A stretch of 63,619 nt of DNA, filler included. It is 4 parts of 4 records of this genome, joined end to end, with 100 filler letters (N's around TTAATTAATTAA, not from the genome) between each part and the next. Parts side by side here need not be neighbours in the genome. Positions count along the whole stretch, not along the records: positions 1 to 21,863 come from SRR31156797_9983; positions 21,964 to 30,160 come from SRR31156797_9990; 2 more parts are not named here. One strand, 5' to 3'. The notes below the pieces were generated by a model. The model had not been told where the DNA came from. It saw only the letters and a list, made by a program, of their open reading frames with translations, and did not search any database. The translations under genes and the position numbers were made by a program. The stretch's first letter is position 1. Each line of letters opens with the position of its first letter. Below are positions 17,858 to 27,491 of the stretch, piece after piece.

Positions 17858-19939
17858 ATGAAATTGTCAAACCTTAGGAACATTGGTATTGCCGCGCACA
17901 TTGATGCTGGAAAAACCACTGTTACCGAACGTGTTTTATTTTATACAGGCACAACCCGCAAAATGGGCGAGGTGCACGATGGCCAGGCCACCATGGATTT
18001 TATGAAACAAGAGCAGGAGCGTGGTATCACCATTGCTTCGGCTGCCATATCCTGTAAATGGAAGGATGCTGACATCAATATCATCGATACTCCCGGACAC
18101 GTTGATTTTACCATTGAGGTGGAACGTTCACTCAGGGTAATCGACGGCATGATTGCACTGTTTTGTGCTGTTGGTGGTGTTGAACCACAAAGCGAAACAG
18201 TATGGAACCAGTCAGACAGATACCGTGTTCCGCGTATTGCGTTTATCAATAAGATGGACCGTACCGGCGCTGATTTCAGCGAAGTGGTGAGCCAGATGAA
18301 CGAGTACCTCGATGCAAACGCGGTTCCTTTTCAACTGCCCATGGGTTCCGAAGAGGACTTCAAAGGCCTGATTGATGTGATTGAGCAGAAAGCATTTATT
18401 TTTGAGGATTTTGAGCGTGTCGAAACTGAAATCCCTGAAGAATACAAGCAAGCGGCACTTGAAGCACGTAATTTTCTGATAGAGAAAGTAGCCGATTTTA
18501 ACGATGAAGTGCTGGAGCTGTTTTTTGATGATAAGGACGTTCCGGTTGACCTTTTGAAACAAGCTGCCCGTGATGCAACCCTTAAGTTGGAAATCACCCC
18601 GGTTTTTACCGGCGCTGCTTATAAAAACAAAGGTGTCCAGCTTTTGCTTGATGCCGTAATCGATTACCTGCCTTCTCCATTGGATATTGGAGCTGTTGTG
18701 GGTAACGACATTGATTACCCCGAGAAATCACACACCCGTGGCCCTTCAGCAAAAGATCCTTTTTCAGCGCTGGCTTTCAAATTGATCAACGATCCTTATG
18801 TGGGGCAACAAACATTTATCCGTATATTTTCAGGGCGACTTGAAAATGGTATGCAGATTTTAAACGCAACCAAAGGTAAAACCGAACGCATTGGACGAAT
18901 CATGAAAATTCATGCCAAAGAACGTGTGGAAGTTGATGAAGCCATGCCGGGAGATATTGTTGCACTGGTAGGAATGAAGGTGACCAAAACCGGTGATACA
19001 CTCTGCGATAAAGACAATCCGCTGTTACTGGAATCTATTCACGTACCTCCTTCAGTTATCGAATTGAAAATTTCACCCGAGAAGCGTAAAGATCAAAGTA
19101 AACTTGGTGAAGCACTGGCAAAACTGTCAAATGAGGATCCCTCATTTAATGCACGATTCGACAACGAAACGGAAGAAACGATCATTTCAGGTATGGGCGA
19201 ACTGCATTTGGAGATCATTATCGACAGAATTAAAGATGAGTTTGGCGTTCCGGTTGAAATTGGTGAACCTTCGGTTGCTTACCGCGAAACCATAACAACG
19301 GAAACCGTAAGTAATTATAAGCATTCCAAGCAAACCGGCGGTAAAGGGCAGTATGCACATACTGTTATTCGTATAGAGCCAAACGAAGGTAATGGTTACG
19401 AATATGTGAATCATATTAAAGGTGGTGTAATTCCCAACGAATTTATCCCATCGGTTGACAAAGGCATCAAGAAGGTGTTGGAGAAAGGCGTTCTGGCAGG
19501 TTATCCTGTTCTGGACGTACGGGTAGTGCTTACGGATGGAAGTTTCCACCCTGTTGATTCTTCGGATATGGCATTCCAGACTTGTGCATCCATTGCGTTC
19601 AGGCAGGGCTTCATGAAAGCTGATCCTGTTTTACTTGAGCCGGTGATGAATATCGAGGTCAACGTACCTGATGATTACATTGGAAATGTTGTGGGCGACC
19701 TGAACAAACGCCGTGGCAAGATCGAATCGATGCGCCGTCATCGCAAGGGTTCTCAAAAACTAAATGGTACTGTTCCTTTGATGGAAATGTTTGGATATGC
19801 TACCACATTGAGGAATATCTCGAGTGGCCGGGCGAATTACTCCATGGAGTTTAAAAAATATGCTCCGGTTGGAAAGGCCGTTCAGGAAGAAATCCTGAAA
19901 AAGATTGAGGAGAAAAAGCGGGCAGAACAGAACGCATAA
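17858..19939 (+). CDS. fusA: Elongation factor G (stand-alone copy outside the str operon)
   Basis: [59 protein letters not shown] motifs; 693 aa. Confidence 0.96.
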   Translation: MKLSNLRNIGIAAHIDAGKTTVTERVLFYTGTTRKMGEVHDGQATMDFMKQEQERGITIASAAISCKWKDADINIIDTPGHVDFTIEVERSLRVIDGMIALFCAVGGVEPQSETVWNQSDRYRVPRIAFINKMDRTGADFSEVVSQMNEYLDANAVPFQLPMGSEEDFKGLIDVIEQKAFIFEDFERVETEIPEEYKQAALEARNFLIEKVADFNDEVLELFFDDKDVPVDLLKQAARDATLKLEITPVFTGAAYKNKGVQLLLDAVIDYLPSPLDIGAVVGNDIDYPEKSHTRGPSAKDPFSALAFKLINDPYVGQQTFIRIFSGRLENGMQILNATKGKTERIGRIMKIHAKERVEVDEAMPGDIVALVGMKVTKTGDTLCDKDNPLLLESIHVPPSVIELKISPEKRKDQSKLGEALAKLSNEDPSFNARFDNETEETIISGMGELHLEIIIDRIKDEFGVPVEIGEPSVAYRETITTETVSNYKHSKQTGGKGQYAHTVIRIEPNEGNGYEYVNHIKGGVIPNEFIPSVDKGIKKVLEKGVLAGYPVLDVRVVLTDGSFHPVDSSDMAFQTCASIAFRQGFMKADPVLLEPVMNIEVNVPDDYIGNVVGDLNKRRGKIESMRRHRKGSQKLNGTVPLMEMFGYATTLRNISSGRANYSMEFKKYAPVGKAVQEEILKKIEEKKRAEQNA

Positions 19940-19945
19940 ATTCAG

Positions 19946-19972
19946 AACCCCGTCGATTGGCGGGGTTTTTTG
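19946..19972 (+). terminator. Rho-independent terminator
   Basis: aaccccgtc-gatt-ggcggggtt followed by a T tract. Confidence 0.8.
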
Positions 19973-19977
19973 TTTTC

Positions 19978-20487
19978 TTAGCTGTTCACCAGGTTAGTGG
20001 TTTCTGATTGTGCAAGACCGGTAGCATGCAGGGTGATGCCGTGTTCAAGCCATGCTTTCAGGTTAGTGAGCCAGAATGTCCACCCGGTTGAGCATCCAAC
20101 AAATAGGTCCATTTTGCTTTTTTCGTCCTGTGGAATCCCATCCTGGATCAACTCCACTTCAGTGCCGTCCTTTGCTGGGCTCAGGTTTATTACAACGTTG
20201 CCGCCGGGCCCAAATGTAAATGAAACCTGGTCGTGATTATTGGCTTCCAGTACCTCACCCTTTTCTTCAAAATCCCAGTTATGCCATTTCCATATGAAAT
20301 GATCTCCTTTGCTTATCACCTGCGAAGGTGGTTTTGGGCTGCCATCTATACCAGTATATTCAGCTCGCTGGAGGAACCAGGTTTGTAGTTTTTCAGGTAT
20401 TGCCCAGGCTTCATATACTTTTGTCAGGGGTTGGCTGATGTTGATGCGCTTATGAAATGTTGTCCAGTTTAAACTTTCAGTTTCCAT
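19978..20487 (-). CDS. SRPBCC/AHSA1-like domain protein
   Basis: VYEAWA...WF, GTEVELIQ, GWTFWLTNLKAWLE motifs. Confidence 0.85.
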   Translation of the reverse strand: METESLNWTTFHKRINISQPLTKVYEAWAIPEKLQTWFLQRAEYTGIDGSPKPPSQVISKGDHFIWKWHNWDFEEKGEVLEANNHDQVSFTFGPGGNVVINLSPAKDGTEVELIQDGIPQDEKSKMDLFVGCSTGWTFWLTNLKAWLEHGITLHATGLAQSETTNLVNS

Positions 20488-20614
20488 AAAAATATATTTT
20501 CTGATCTGATAAAAGTAGCGAAAATATTACTTTCTGTAAAATTGTTCCGGTCTTAATAAATGAATTTGAGTTTAGGAATCAGCACATGGTAATGGAAGGT
20601 TTTATAATCTGAAA

Positions 20615-21115
20615 TTAGTTTTTATGCTGTTGCCTCACCATAGCCTTTAGCGTAACGATTTCGGTGATATCCTCAACCAACATAAAAATAAATTTTTCAT
20701 AGCGGTATTTAAAAAGGCGGGTTGAAAACTGAAGATCTTTCATCACCTTTTTGTTATTTCGATCGAAGAAGGGCCTTTTAACATGATCCTTATACACGGC
20801 TTCATCGTTCATATAGGATTCCATTGCGGCTATGCGTAACTCGCATTTACTGCATTTGGATGTTTTGCCACAATCTTTCATTTCTTCAGCCTGGTGGGCA
20901 CAACCTATGGCTTCACCGCAGAGCCTGAACAGCAGGTCTTCGTTTTCTTTGTTTGTAAAAATACTTTTCAAGGGGTTGTTAAAAGCACGAATCCTCATTT
21001 TTTTATCAAGCAGCAAAACACAACTATTGAGGTTATTCACTACAAGATTCAGGAAATCGGTTGAGCCTCTCAGGATATTGAAGCTCTGGTTGTTCATGGT
21101 GTAAATGTTTTCCAT
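20615..21115 (-). CDS. Stand-alone PAS-like domain protein with a Cys cluster
   Basis: VLLLDKKMRIRAFN start and VEDIT end are PAS-like; CGEAIGC...CGKTSKCSKC motif. Confidence 0.65.
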   Translation of the reverse strand: MENIYTMNNQSFNILRGSTDFLNLVVNNLNSCVLLLDKKMRIRAFNNPLKSIFTNKENEDLLFRLCGEAIGCAHQAEEMKDCGKTSKCSKCELRIAAMESYMNDEAVYKDHVKRPFFDRNNKKVMKDLQFSTRLFKYRYEKFIFMLVEDITEIVTLKAMVRQQHKN

Positions 21116-21190
21116 AATTGATTGGTTTTGACATGTAAAGATACATCTTGTAAGTCAAAAATCCAATGACGTTACGGCGATATGTAAAAA

Positions 21191-21655
21191 TTAAATTTCA
21201 TAATCGATGTCTAATTGGCGCCCTTCCTTCAATGCTTTTTTGTCCAATCCTGCGCCGATAGCCATCCCAATCGCCAATCCAACACCAATGCCAACCCCCA
21301 TAAAGGCCATGTTGTCGAAAACTACGCCATAAGAAACCCCTATCGGAATGCCAAAAATAGACATGCCAATTCCAATCCATATGACCAGAAAATGGTTTTT
21401 GGGTACCAGTTTCAATTGTTTCGCCAGTATTTTTATCAATCGTTGAGTGGCTTTACGTATCTCTTTGGCCAATAATTTATCAACTTTAAGAGAATTGTTA
21501 ATGGCTTCTGTTTCCCGGCTCACTGCGGTAATAATATCGTCAGGAATATCTCTGGACTTCATTTCCTCAAGCAATTTTTCGTAAACCTTTGAGGCCTTTG
21601 TAAGTTTTTTACTTTCGCTGGATCTATGGTTGATTTTAAGATTTTTGACCTCCAT
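21191..21655 (-). CDS. Hypothetical membrane protein (two Gly-rich TM helices)
   Basis: WIGIGMSIFGIPIG...GIGVGLAIGMAIG, ending DKKALKEGRQL. Confidence 0.7.
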   Translation of the reverse strand: MEVKNLKINHRSSESKKLTKASKVYEKLLEEMKSRDIPDDIITAVSRETEAINNSLKVDKLLAKEIRKATQRLIKILAKQLKLVPKNHFLVIWIGIGMSIFGIPIGVSYGVVFDNMAFMGVGIGVGLAIGMAIGAGLDKKALKEGRQLDIDYEI

Positions 21656-21863
21656 TTGTTTCAGTATTGTTGGTAAATCACGAAATGTTTCAGGTTATAA
21701 AAATAAGGTAATTCTACTATTTGCTCAATGTTAACCCTGATTATTCACCAAGAATGATGCATATGACGACAAGTAATTGAAATATTGCAGGTTTTCAATT
21801 ACTTATGCCATGCCTGACGATGAATGTCAGGCTCTGACTAAAACGTCATGAGGTTAACCTTGA

Positions 21864-21963
21864 NNNNNNNNNNNNNNNNNNNNNNNNNNNNNNNNNNNNN
21901 NNNNNNNTTAATTAATTAANNNNNNNNNNNNNNNNNNNNNNNNNNNNNNNNNNNNNNNNNNNN
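21864..21963. other. Artificial contig spacer
   Basis: 44 N + TTAATTAATTAA (stops in all six frames) + 44 N. Confidence 0.99.
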
Positions 21964-22728
21964 TGTGATGTTGACGCACCTGATTTTCATATTTTATTTG
22001 AAAATGAACTAATAAGTAAAGAAGAGTTTGTTGGTTTAAAAAAGGCAGTAATAGACAATACTAACTGCATAAAATGTGGAAAATGCAAAACACATTGCAA
22101 ATTTAATGCAATTGAATTTATAAATAATGGATTTGTAATTAATGAAAATAGATGTGAAGGCTGCGGTCTGTGTGAATATATTTGTCCGGAATCAGCAATA
22201 GAGATGAAAGATGCTGTTGTTGGAGAACTTTTTGTCTCAAAAAATAGCTATGCACAAATGGTTCATGCGAAACTAATTCCCGGAGAGGAGACATCCGGTA
22301 GGTTAGTATCGGAAGTTAGGAAAAGAGCTAAAAAAATAGCAGAAGAAAATTCGATAAACAACATACTAGTTGACGGTTCACCCGGGACGGCATGTAATGT
22401 GATCTCATCAATTACAGGAGCTTCAAAAGTAGTGATCGTTACAGAACCAAGTATGTCAGCTTATCATGATCTAAAAAAAGTATATGAAGTGACTCAGAAA
22501 TTTAATCTGAAAGTATTTGTAATAATTAATAAATATGATATCTCTCACGAGCAAAGTGAAAAAATAGAAAATTATTGCAATGAACATAATCTAGAGGTTT
22601 TGATAAAAATACCATTTGATAAAATAATGGTAGATGCAATAAGCCAAAGAGAGATACCATCTATTTATGCAAAAAATCTATTTGAAAAATTGGAATTTAA
22701 TAAAAAGGTGATTGGAAAATTAATATAG
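21964..22728 (+). CDS. MinD-superfamily P-loop ATPase with inserted 2x[4Fe-4S] ferredoxin domain (COG1149), 5'-truncated by the contig edge
   Basis: In frame from 21964: CDVDAPD, CIKCGKCKTHC, CEGCGLCEYICP, then SGRLVSEVR, DGSPGTAC, VTEPS, INKYD. Confidence 0.9.
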   Translation, partial: CDVDAPDFHILFENELISKEEFVGLKKAVIDNTNCIKCGKCKTHCKFNAIEFINNGFVINENRCEGCGLCEYICPESAIEMKDAVVGELFVSKNSYAQMVHAKLIPGEETSGRLVSEVRKRAKKIAEENSINNILVDGSPGTACNVISSITGASKVVIVTEPSMSAYHDLKKVYEVTQKFNLKVFVIINKYDISHEQSEKIENYCNEHNLEVLIKIPFDKIMVDAISQREIPSIYAKNLFEKLEFNKKVIGKLI

Positions 22729-22742
22729 AAACAGGTGAAAAA

Positions 22743-23507
22743 ATGCAAAAAGAAAAAGATAACTTATCTAAAGTTAAAAAGAAAATATTAGTTTTAAGTG
22801 GAAAAGGCGGAGTTGGTAAATCAACAGTGTCTACTAATATTGCTTATGGATTATATATGGCAGGAAATAAAGTTGGAATACTAGATGCAGATATTCATGG
22901 TCCGAATATTCCGCAGATGTTAGGTGTTGAGGGAATCAGACTATATGATATAAAAACTCCTCATTTGATTAGTGATAATTTTAAAGTAGCTTCTATTAGT
23001 TTTTTCCTGGAAAATCAGGATAATCCTGTAATTTTAAGAGGACCAGCGAAAACATCAACAATTATGCAACTTATTAATAATGTTGAATGGAATGAACTGG
23101 ATCATTTAGTGGTAGACCTTCCTCCGGGAACAGGAGATGAAGCATTAGCTGTTGCTCAAAATATGGGAAATATTGACGGAGTGGTTATAGTAACTACACC
23201 TCAGACAGTTTCACTTCTGGATACAAAAAAATCGATTAACTTTGCTCAAAAATTAAATATTCCTATACTTGGAATAATAGAAAATATGAGTGGCCTGCTA
23301 TGTCCTCACTGTAACGAAGTAATTGATGTATTCAAAACAGGTGGCGGAGAGGAAACAGCAAATAAATTAGGAGTAAAATTCCTTGGAAAAATACCTCTTG
23401 ATCCTGAAATTGTTCATGCCGGTGACGATGGGAAACCATTTGTTTTATCAGGAAAAACAGAACCGACTTTATCGATTTTTAAAAATATAGTAAATGATAT
23501 TCTATAA
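22743..23507 (+). CDS. mrp: Mrp/NBP35/ApbC Fe-S cluster carrier ATPase
   Basis: SGKGGVGKST, DADIHGP, DLPPGTGD, VTTPQ, ENMS..CPHC motifs. Confidence 0.93.
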   Translation: MQKEKDNLSKVKKKILVLSGKGGVGKSTVSTNIAYGLYMAGNKVGILDADIHGPNIPQMLGVEGIRLYDIKTPHLISDNFKVASISFFLENQDNPVILRGPAKTSTIMQLINNVEWNELDHLVVDLPPGTGDEALAVAQNMGNIDGVVIVTTPQTVSLLDTKKSINFAQKLNIPILGIIENMSGLLCPHCNEVIDVFKTGGGEETANKLGVKFLGKIPLDPEIVHAGDDGKPFVLSGKTEPTLSIFKNIVNDIL

Positions 23508-23535
23508 TTAAATCCTCAATACATTTTCAATTATA

Positions 23536-23564
23536 AAAACTCTCTTCATATTGAAGGGAGTTTT
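23536..23564 (+). terminator. Probable terminator after mrp
   Basis: aaaactctcttca-tat-tgaagggagtttt hairpin. Confidence 0.65.
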
Positions 23565-23583
23565 CTCTATAAAAGAGCATGAT

Positions 23584-23612
23584 TTGACAATAAGAAATTG
23601 CAAGGTTATAAT
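23584..23612 (+). promoter_or_regulatory. Consensus sigma-70 promoter TTGACA-N17-TATAAT
   Basis: TTGACA 23584-23589, TATAAT 23607-23612, followed by AAGGAG RBS and ATG 23646. Confidence 0.85.
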
Positions 23613-23645
23613 GAAGAGAAGAAAATGATTCTCAAAGGAGTAAGT

Positions 23646-24008
23646 ATGCCGAGACCAAGTATATTTAGACGAGTAAAAGAATGTCCGAAATACCCAAAAT
23701 TCAAACCAATTGGGATAAAAAATGAGCAGTTAGAGCAACTTTATCTAACAGTTGATGAATATGAAGCTCTTCGTTTAGCAGATTTTGAGCAGATGTATCA
23801 AGAGGAAGCAGCAAAAGCAATGGGAGTTTCCAGACAAACTTTTGGTAACATAGTGAAAAGTGCAAGAAAAAAAGTAAGTGAAATGATCGTTATGGGAAAA
23901 TCTCTCAATATAGAGGGAGGAGACGTTACTTTTCTTGAGTCGACATGCCCTAGATGTAAAAAAGAGAAAAAGAACTGTCCAAAACGAATGGATTCAGAAA
24001 ATAAATAG
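23646..24008 (+). CDS. DUF134 family DNA-binding protein with C-terminal Cys motif
   Basis: MPRP..R, FKPIG, DEYEALRLAD, QEEAAKAMGVSRQTF, ARKKV, IEGG; CPRC. Confidence 0.92.
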   Translation: MPRPSIFRRVKECPKYPKFKPIGIKNEQLEQLYLTVDEYEALRLADFEQMYQEEAAKAMGVSRQTFGNIVKSARKKVSEMIVMGKSLNIEGGDVTFLESTCPRCKKEKKNCPKRMDSENK

Positions 24009-24009
24009 T

Positions 24010-24052
24010 AATAAAAAAGGTTAAATTATTTTTTAATTTAACCTTTTTTATT
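24010..24052. terminator. Bidirectional terminator
   Basis: aataaaaaaggttaaatta...taatttaaccttttttatt inverted repeat between convergent genes. Confidence 0.8.
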
Positions 24053-24261
24053 GCACAAATTTATATAGAGGTAGTAGATGTTTTATTAGAATTTATTTTT
24101 TTAGAGTTATGTTTATTACTTGAATCTTGTCTGCAGTCACTTATTAGAGTTTGCGGGACTAAATAATCAGTTAAGAGCATTAAGGAGATTAGAACCTCTC
24201 CGCTAACAGGATTATTATTTTCATTATTAATTTTATCCATTTTTTCTTCCTTTTTATAAAT

Positions 24262-25170
24262 TTAATTTATTTGTCTGTATTCACGTGGAGATATTCCTAT
24301 TTTCTTTTTGAAAAGTTTACTAAAAGAATTTGGCTGTTCAAATCCTAAGTTAAAAGCAACTTCTGTAATGCTAAGTTCTGAATTTAATAACATAAGTTTC
24401 GCTTTTTCCAACATATAATAATAGATATACTCTTTGGTATTTTTACCTGTTTCTTTTTTTAGTAGATCACTTAGATAATTTGGAGACAGGCATACTTCTT
24501 CAGCGCAAGCTTTTACTGTTGGAACTCCAAATTCGTTTGGTTTATCAGAATTAAAATATTCTTTTAGAAATTTTTCGAGAATAACTATAGTATCTTTATT
24601 TTGCTTAGTGCGTGTATAAAACTGCCGATCATAGAATCTTTTGCAATAGTTAAATAGAAGCTCTAAATTTGAAATAATAAGATTATGAGTATGTTGGTCA
24701 ATGTTCAAACTATACTCGTCAATGATATTTTTTATACAATCAAGTATTTTCATTTTTTCATCATCAGATAGATGTAAAGCTTCATTAGATTCATAAGAAA
24801 AAAAAGTATATTCATCAATTTTATTACCTAAGTTGCTTCCATAGAATATGTCAGGTTGGATGAATAAACTCCACCCATTTTCATCATGCAATTTATCTTC
24901 AAAATGAGAAGGCTGCATTACTTGATTTGGAGCAGTAAAAATCATAGTTCCCTCTTCAAAATCATAATAATCTCTACCATATTTTAGCTTGCCATTAGTT
25001 GTCTTAAATGAAATAATGTAAAAATTTGTATTAGCAACTTGAAAATCAAAATTTTGAGAGAAATTCATTTCAGAAAACTTTAGAAATGATATATATGGAT
25101 GTTTCGGAGGAGGACAACCAAGTATTCTATGAAGTTTACTTAATGATTTTAAATTTAATATTTTTTTCAT
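24262..25170 (-). CDS. AraC family transcriptional regulator
   Basis: YDFEEG..F.APNQ, FFSY..NEALHLS N-terminal domain; C-terminal double HTH (LSPNYLSDLLKKETG...LGFEQPNSFSKLFKK). Confidence 0.93.
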   Translation of the reverse strand: MKKILNLKSLSKLHRILGCPPPKHPYISFLKFSEMNFSQNFDFQVANTNFYIISFKTTNGKLKYGRDYYDFEEGTMIFTAPNQVMQPSHFEDKLHDENGWSLFIQPDIFYGSNLGNKIDEYTFFSYESNEALHLSDDEKMKILDCIKNIIDEYSLNIDQHTHNLIISNLELLFNYCKRFYDRQFYTRTKQNKDTIVILEKFLKEYFNSDKPNEFGVPTVKACAEEVCLSPNYLSDLLKKETGKNTKEYIYYYMLEKAKLMLLNSELSITEVAFNLGFEQPNSFSKLFKKKIGISPREYRQIN

Positions 25171-25209
25171 TTTATGACCTCCTAATGAGTTTGGAAATAA
25201 GTTATTAAT

Positions 25210-25608
25210 CTATTCAATTCGCACCCAATATTGAGATTGTCCTGCAAATCCGAATTTATCAAGGGAGCCTCTGACAATAAGTTTGTTATTCTTGATTTTC
25301 ATTTTGCAATAATATATTTTTCCTGAATTTGGATCATTTATTTTACCATTGATATATTTTCCTTTTTTATACCTAAATCCCACTAAAAAATCCATGCCAA
25401 TTATTTTATTCTCCTGATGATTGTCAATAATACTATTATCTTTTTTATAAATTGAAATTATTTTACCGTTGAAGTTATCTCCGGATTTGAATATTTGTAC
25501 TAAATAGGGTTCCGGTCCTTCGGTTTTCCACTTACCAATGATATCCTTTTCATTTGCAAATAATAAATTAGAAATTATTAATATTAAAATGAAAATTGTT
25601 TTTTTCAT
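25210..25608 (-). CDS. DUF2147 domain exported protein
   Basis: Signal peptide, IIGKWKT, GKINDPNSGKIY, LIVRG...SQYWVR. Confidence 0.85.
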   Translation of the reverse strand: MKKTIFILILIISNLLFANEKDIIGKWKTEGPEPYLVQIFKSGDNFNGKIISIYKKDNSIIDNHQENKIIGMDFLVGFRYKKGKYINGKINDPNSGKIYYCKMKIKNNKLIVRGSLDKFGFAGQSQYWVRIE

Positions 25609-25666
25609 TGTCTCCTCCTTATATTTTATTATTATTTAATTATTAATTCAATAAAGTCTAAATATT

Positions 25667-27106
25667 TTATTTAACTTTAACCATTGAGCGAACCATTTTT
25701 TTACTACTTTCTTTTTGATATGGTGGGAAGAAAGCTGTTGTAAATTTTCCCATGAGCCCTTGTTTGTAAATAGCTTTTTGATGCGTAAATGCCTGAAATC
25801 CTACTTTACCTCCTTTGTAGCTTCCCATACCGCTATACCCAACTCCTCCAAATCCCATTGTTGGAGAATTAGCATGCATTAATAAATCATTTATTGTAAC
25901 TCCTCCACTTGAAGTATTATTTACTATTTTATTTATATCTATTCTATTTTTCCCAAAGATATAAAGTGCTAAAGGTTTTTCTCTTGAATTAATTTCTCTG
26001 ATTACAGAGTCTAAATTTTTATAAGTAAAAATAGTTAGTATAGGACCGAAAATTTCATTTTGTGCAGCTTTTAGATGCTTTGGAGGATTAATAATCAGGG
26101 TAAGGGGGATTTTACGGGATTTTGCATCAGGTAAATTTTCATTTTTAGGGTTGGAATAAATGATACGGCAACCAGCGTCTTTTGCTTCTTCGATATAACT
26201 AACGATTCTATTGTATTCCCTTTCATTTATTATAGATGTATAGTTTTTATTATTAATTATTTCGGGGTGTATTTTACTAACTTTATCGATAGCATAATCT
26301 ATAAATGTCTCCAGGTGATTTTCCGGAACAAAAGCGTAATCTCCTGAGATACACACCTGTCCCGAGTTTAGTATACGTACCTGAGCGATTTTTTCAGCTG
26401 TCATTTTAATATCTGCATCATCAAGAACGATACAAGGAGATTTACCTCCTAACTCTAATATTGAAGGGGTTAAATTTTTAGCTGTTGATTCCAATATTTT
26501 TTTAGCTGTTTCAGAACCTCCGGTAAAGAAAAATAAATCCCACGGTTTTGATACAAAAGATTTTGAAATCTCTAATTCACCTAAGACAACACTTAACTCC
26601 TCTTCTTTGAAGTATTTAGCAACTAACTTTTCTAAAAGTTTACCAGTATGAGGAGTATTTTCGGAAATCTTAATCATAGCAGTATTTCCTGCAGCAAAAG
26701 CTTCAACAGCAGGATCAAAAGCAAGACTAACCGGAGCATTGAATGGAGAAACAATTCCGATAACTCCTAATGGTTCGTTTATCAAATATGATTTTTGACC
26801 AATAAGAGATGAAAAGATATTCGAGTGTGACTCAGTTTTTATCCATTTTTTTAGATGTTTTTTTACATGTATTATATGATGAAGTACAGGGAAAATATCC
26901 CCTATAAATGTCCATTCTTCATGTCTTGTACCGAAATCTTTTTGTACTGTATCCATTATCTCCTGCATATGATTTCTCATGAGTTTGTCTAATCTGTTAA
27001 GTCTGTCTATTCTCATTTCATATGACGGAGCAGTTGATGACAAATAATTATTTTTTTGCAGTTTAAAAACTCTTTCCAATTTTTCTAATTGATTCTCTTT
27101 TTTCAT
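25667..27106 (-). CDS. Aldehyde dehydrogenase (ALDH3/coniferyl-aldehyde dehydrogenase-like)
   Basis: PLGVIGIVSPFN, FTGG, ELGGKSP, NSGQVCIS catalytic Cys, EIFGP, FGGVGYSG. Confidence 0.93.
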   Translation of the reverse strand: MKKENQLEKLERVFKLQKNNYLSSTAPSYEMRIDRLNRLDKLMRNHMQEIMDTVQKDFGTRHEEWTFIGDIFPVLHHIIHVKKHLKKWIKTESHSNIFSSLIGQKSYLINEPLGVIGIVSPFNAPVSLAFDPAVEAFAAGNTAMIKISENTPHTGKLLEKLVAKYFKEEELSVVLGELEISKSFVSKPWDLFFFTGGSETAKKILESTAKNLTPSILELGGKSPCIVLDDADIKMTAEKIAQVRILNSGQVCISGDYAFVPENHLETFIDYAIDKVSKIHPEIINNKNYTSIINEREYNRIVSYIEEAKDAGCRIIYSNPKNENLPDAKSRKIPLTLIINPPKHLKAAQNEIFGPILTIFTYKNLDSVIREINSREKPLALYIFGKNRIDINKIVNNTSSGGVTINDLLMHANSPTMGFGGVGYSGMGSYKGGKVGFQAFTHQKAIYKQGLMGKFTTAFFPPYQKESSKKMVRSMVKVK

Positions 27107-27190
27107 AATATAAATCCCCCTGATTTTAATTAAATACTGCTGTGAAGCTTATAGAATAATTATAATAGAAAATCTAATTGCATAGATATC

Positions 27191-27219
27191 CATATTACGG
27201 AAATAAGTGTTCATATTAC
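27191..27219 (-). promoter_or_regulatory. Direct repeat CATATTAC at 21-bp spacing, putative AraC site for the ALDH operon
   Basis: catattac at 27191-27198 and 27212-27219, about 85 bp upstream of the ALDH start. Confidence 0.5.
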
Positions 27220-27281
27220 TTTTTGTTATTTATATTTCTATATGAAATTTGAATATACAAAATAATCAATCATAAATTATC

Positions 27282-27338
27282 TACAAAAAATAGTCCAATA
27301 ACTTACAAGATTAATCTCCTTAAAATAGATATACTTAT
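27282..27338 (+). repeat. 57-bp element, copy A (copy B at 29967-30023)
   Basis: 48/57 identity by manual alignment. Confidence 0.8.
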
Positions 27339-27491
27339 ATTACAAAAGATATAACAAAGCTTATTAAAGCTAATCAAATTAATGTTGAATCTGAAATCCT
27401 AAATCTTTTTTCATAAATAATTGTAGAAGCATCAATGATTTATTCAAAAGACTAACGATTTCTAGATTAAACTAGAAAAGGAGAGTGTAAC

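Noticed and set aside
21908-21919. TTAATTAATTAA as a biological palindrome
   Set aside because: Identical in all three N-spacers; an artificial linker
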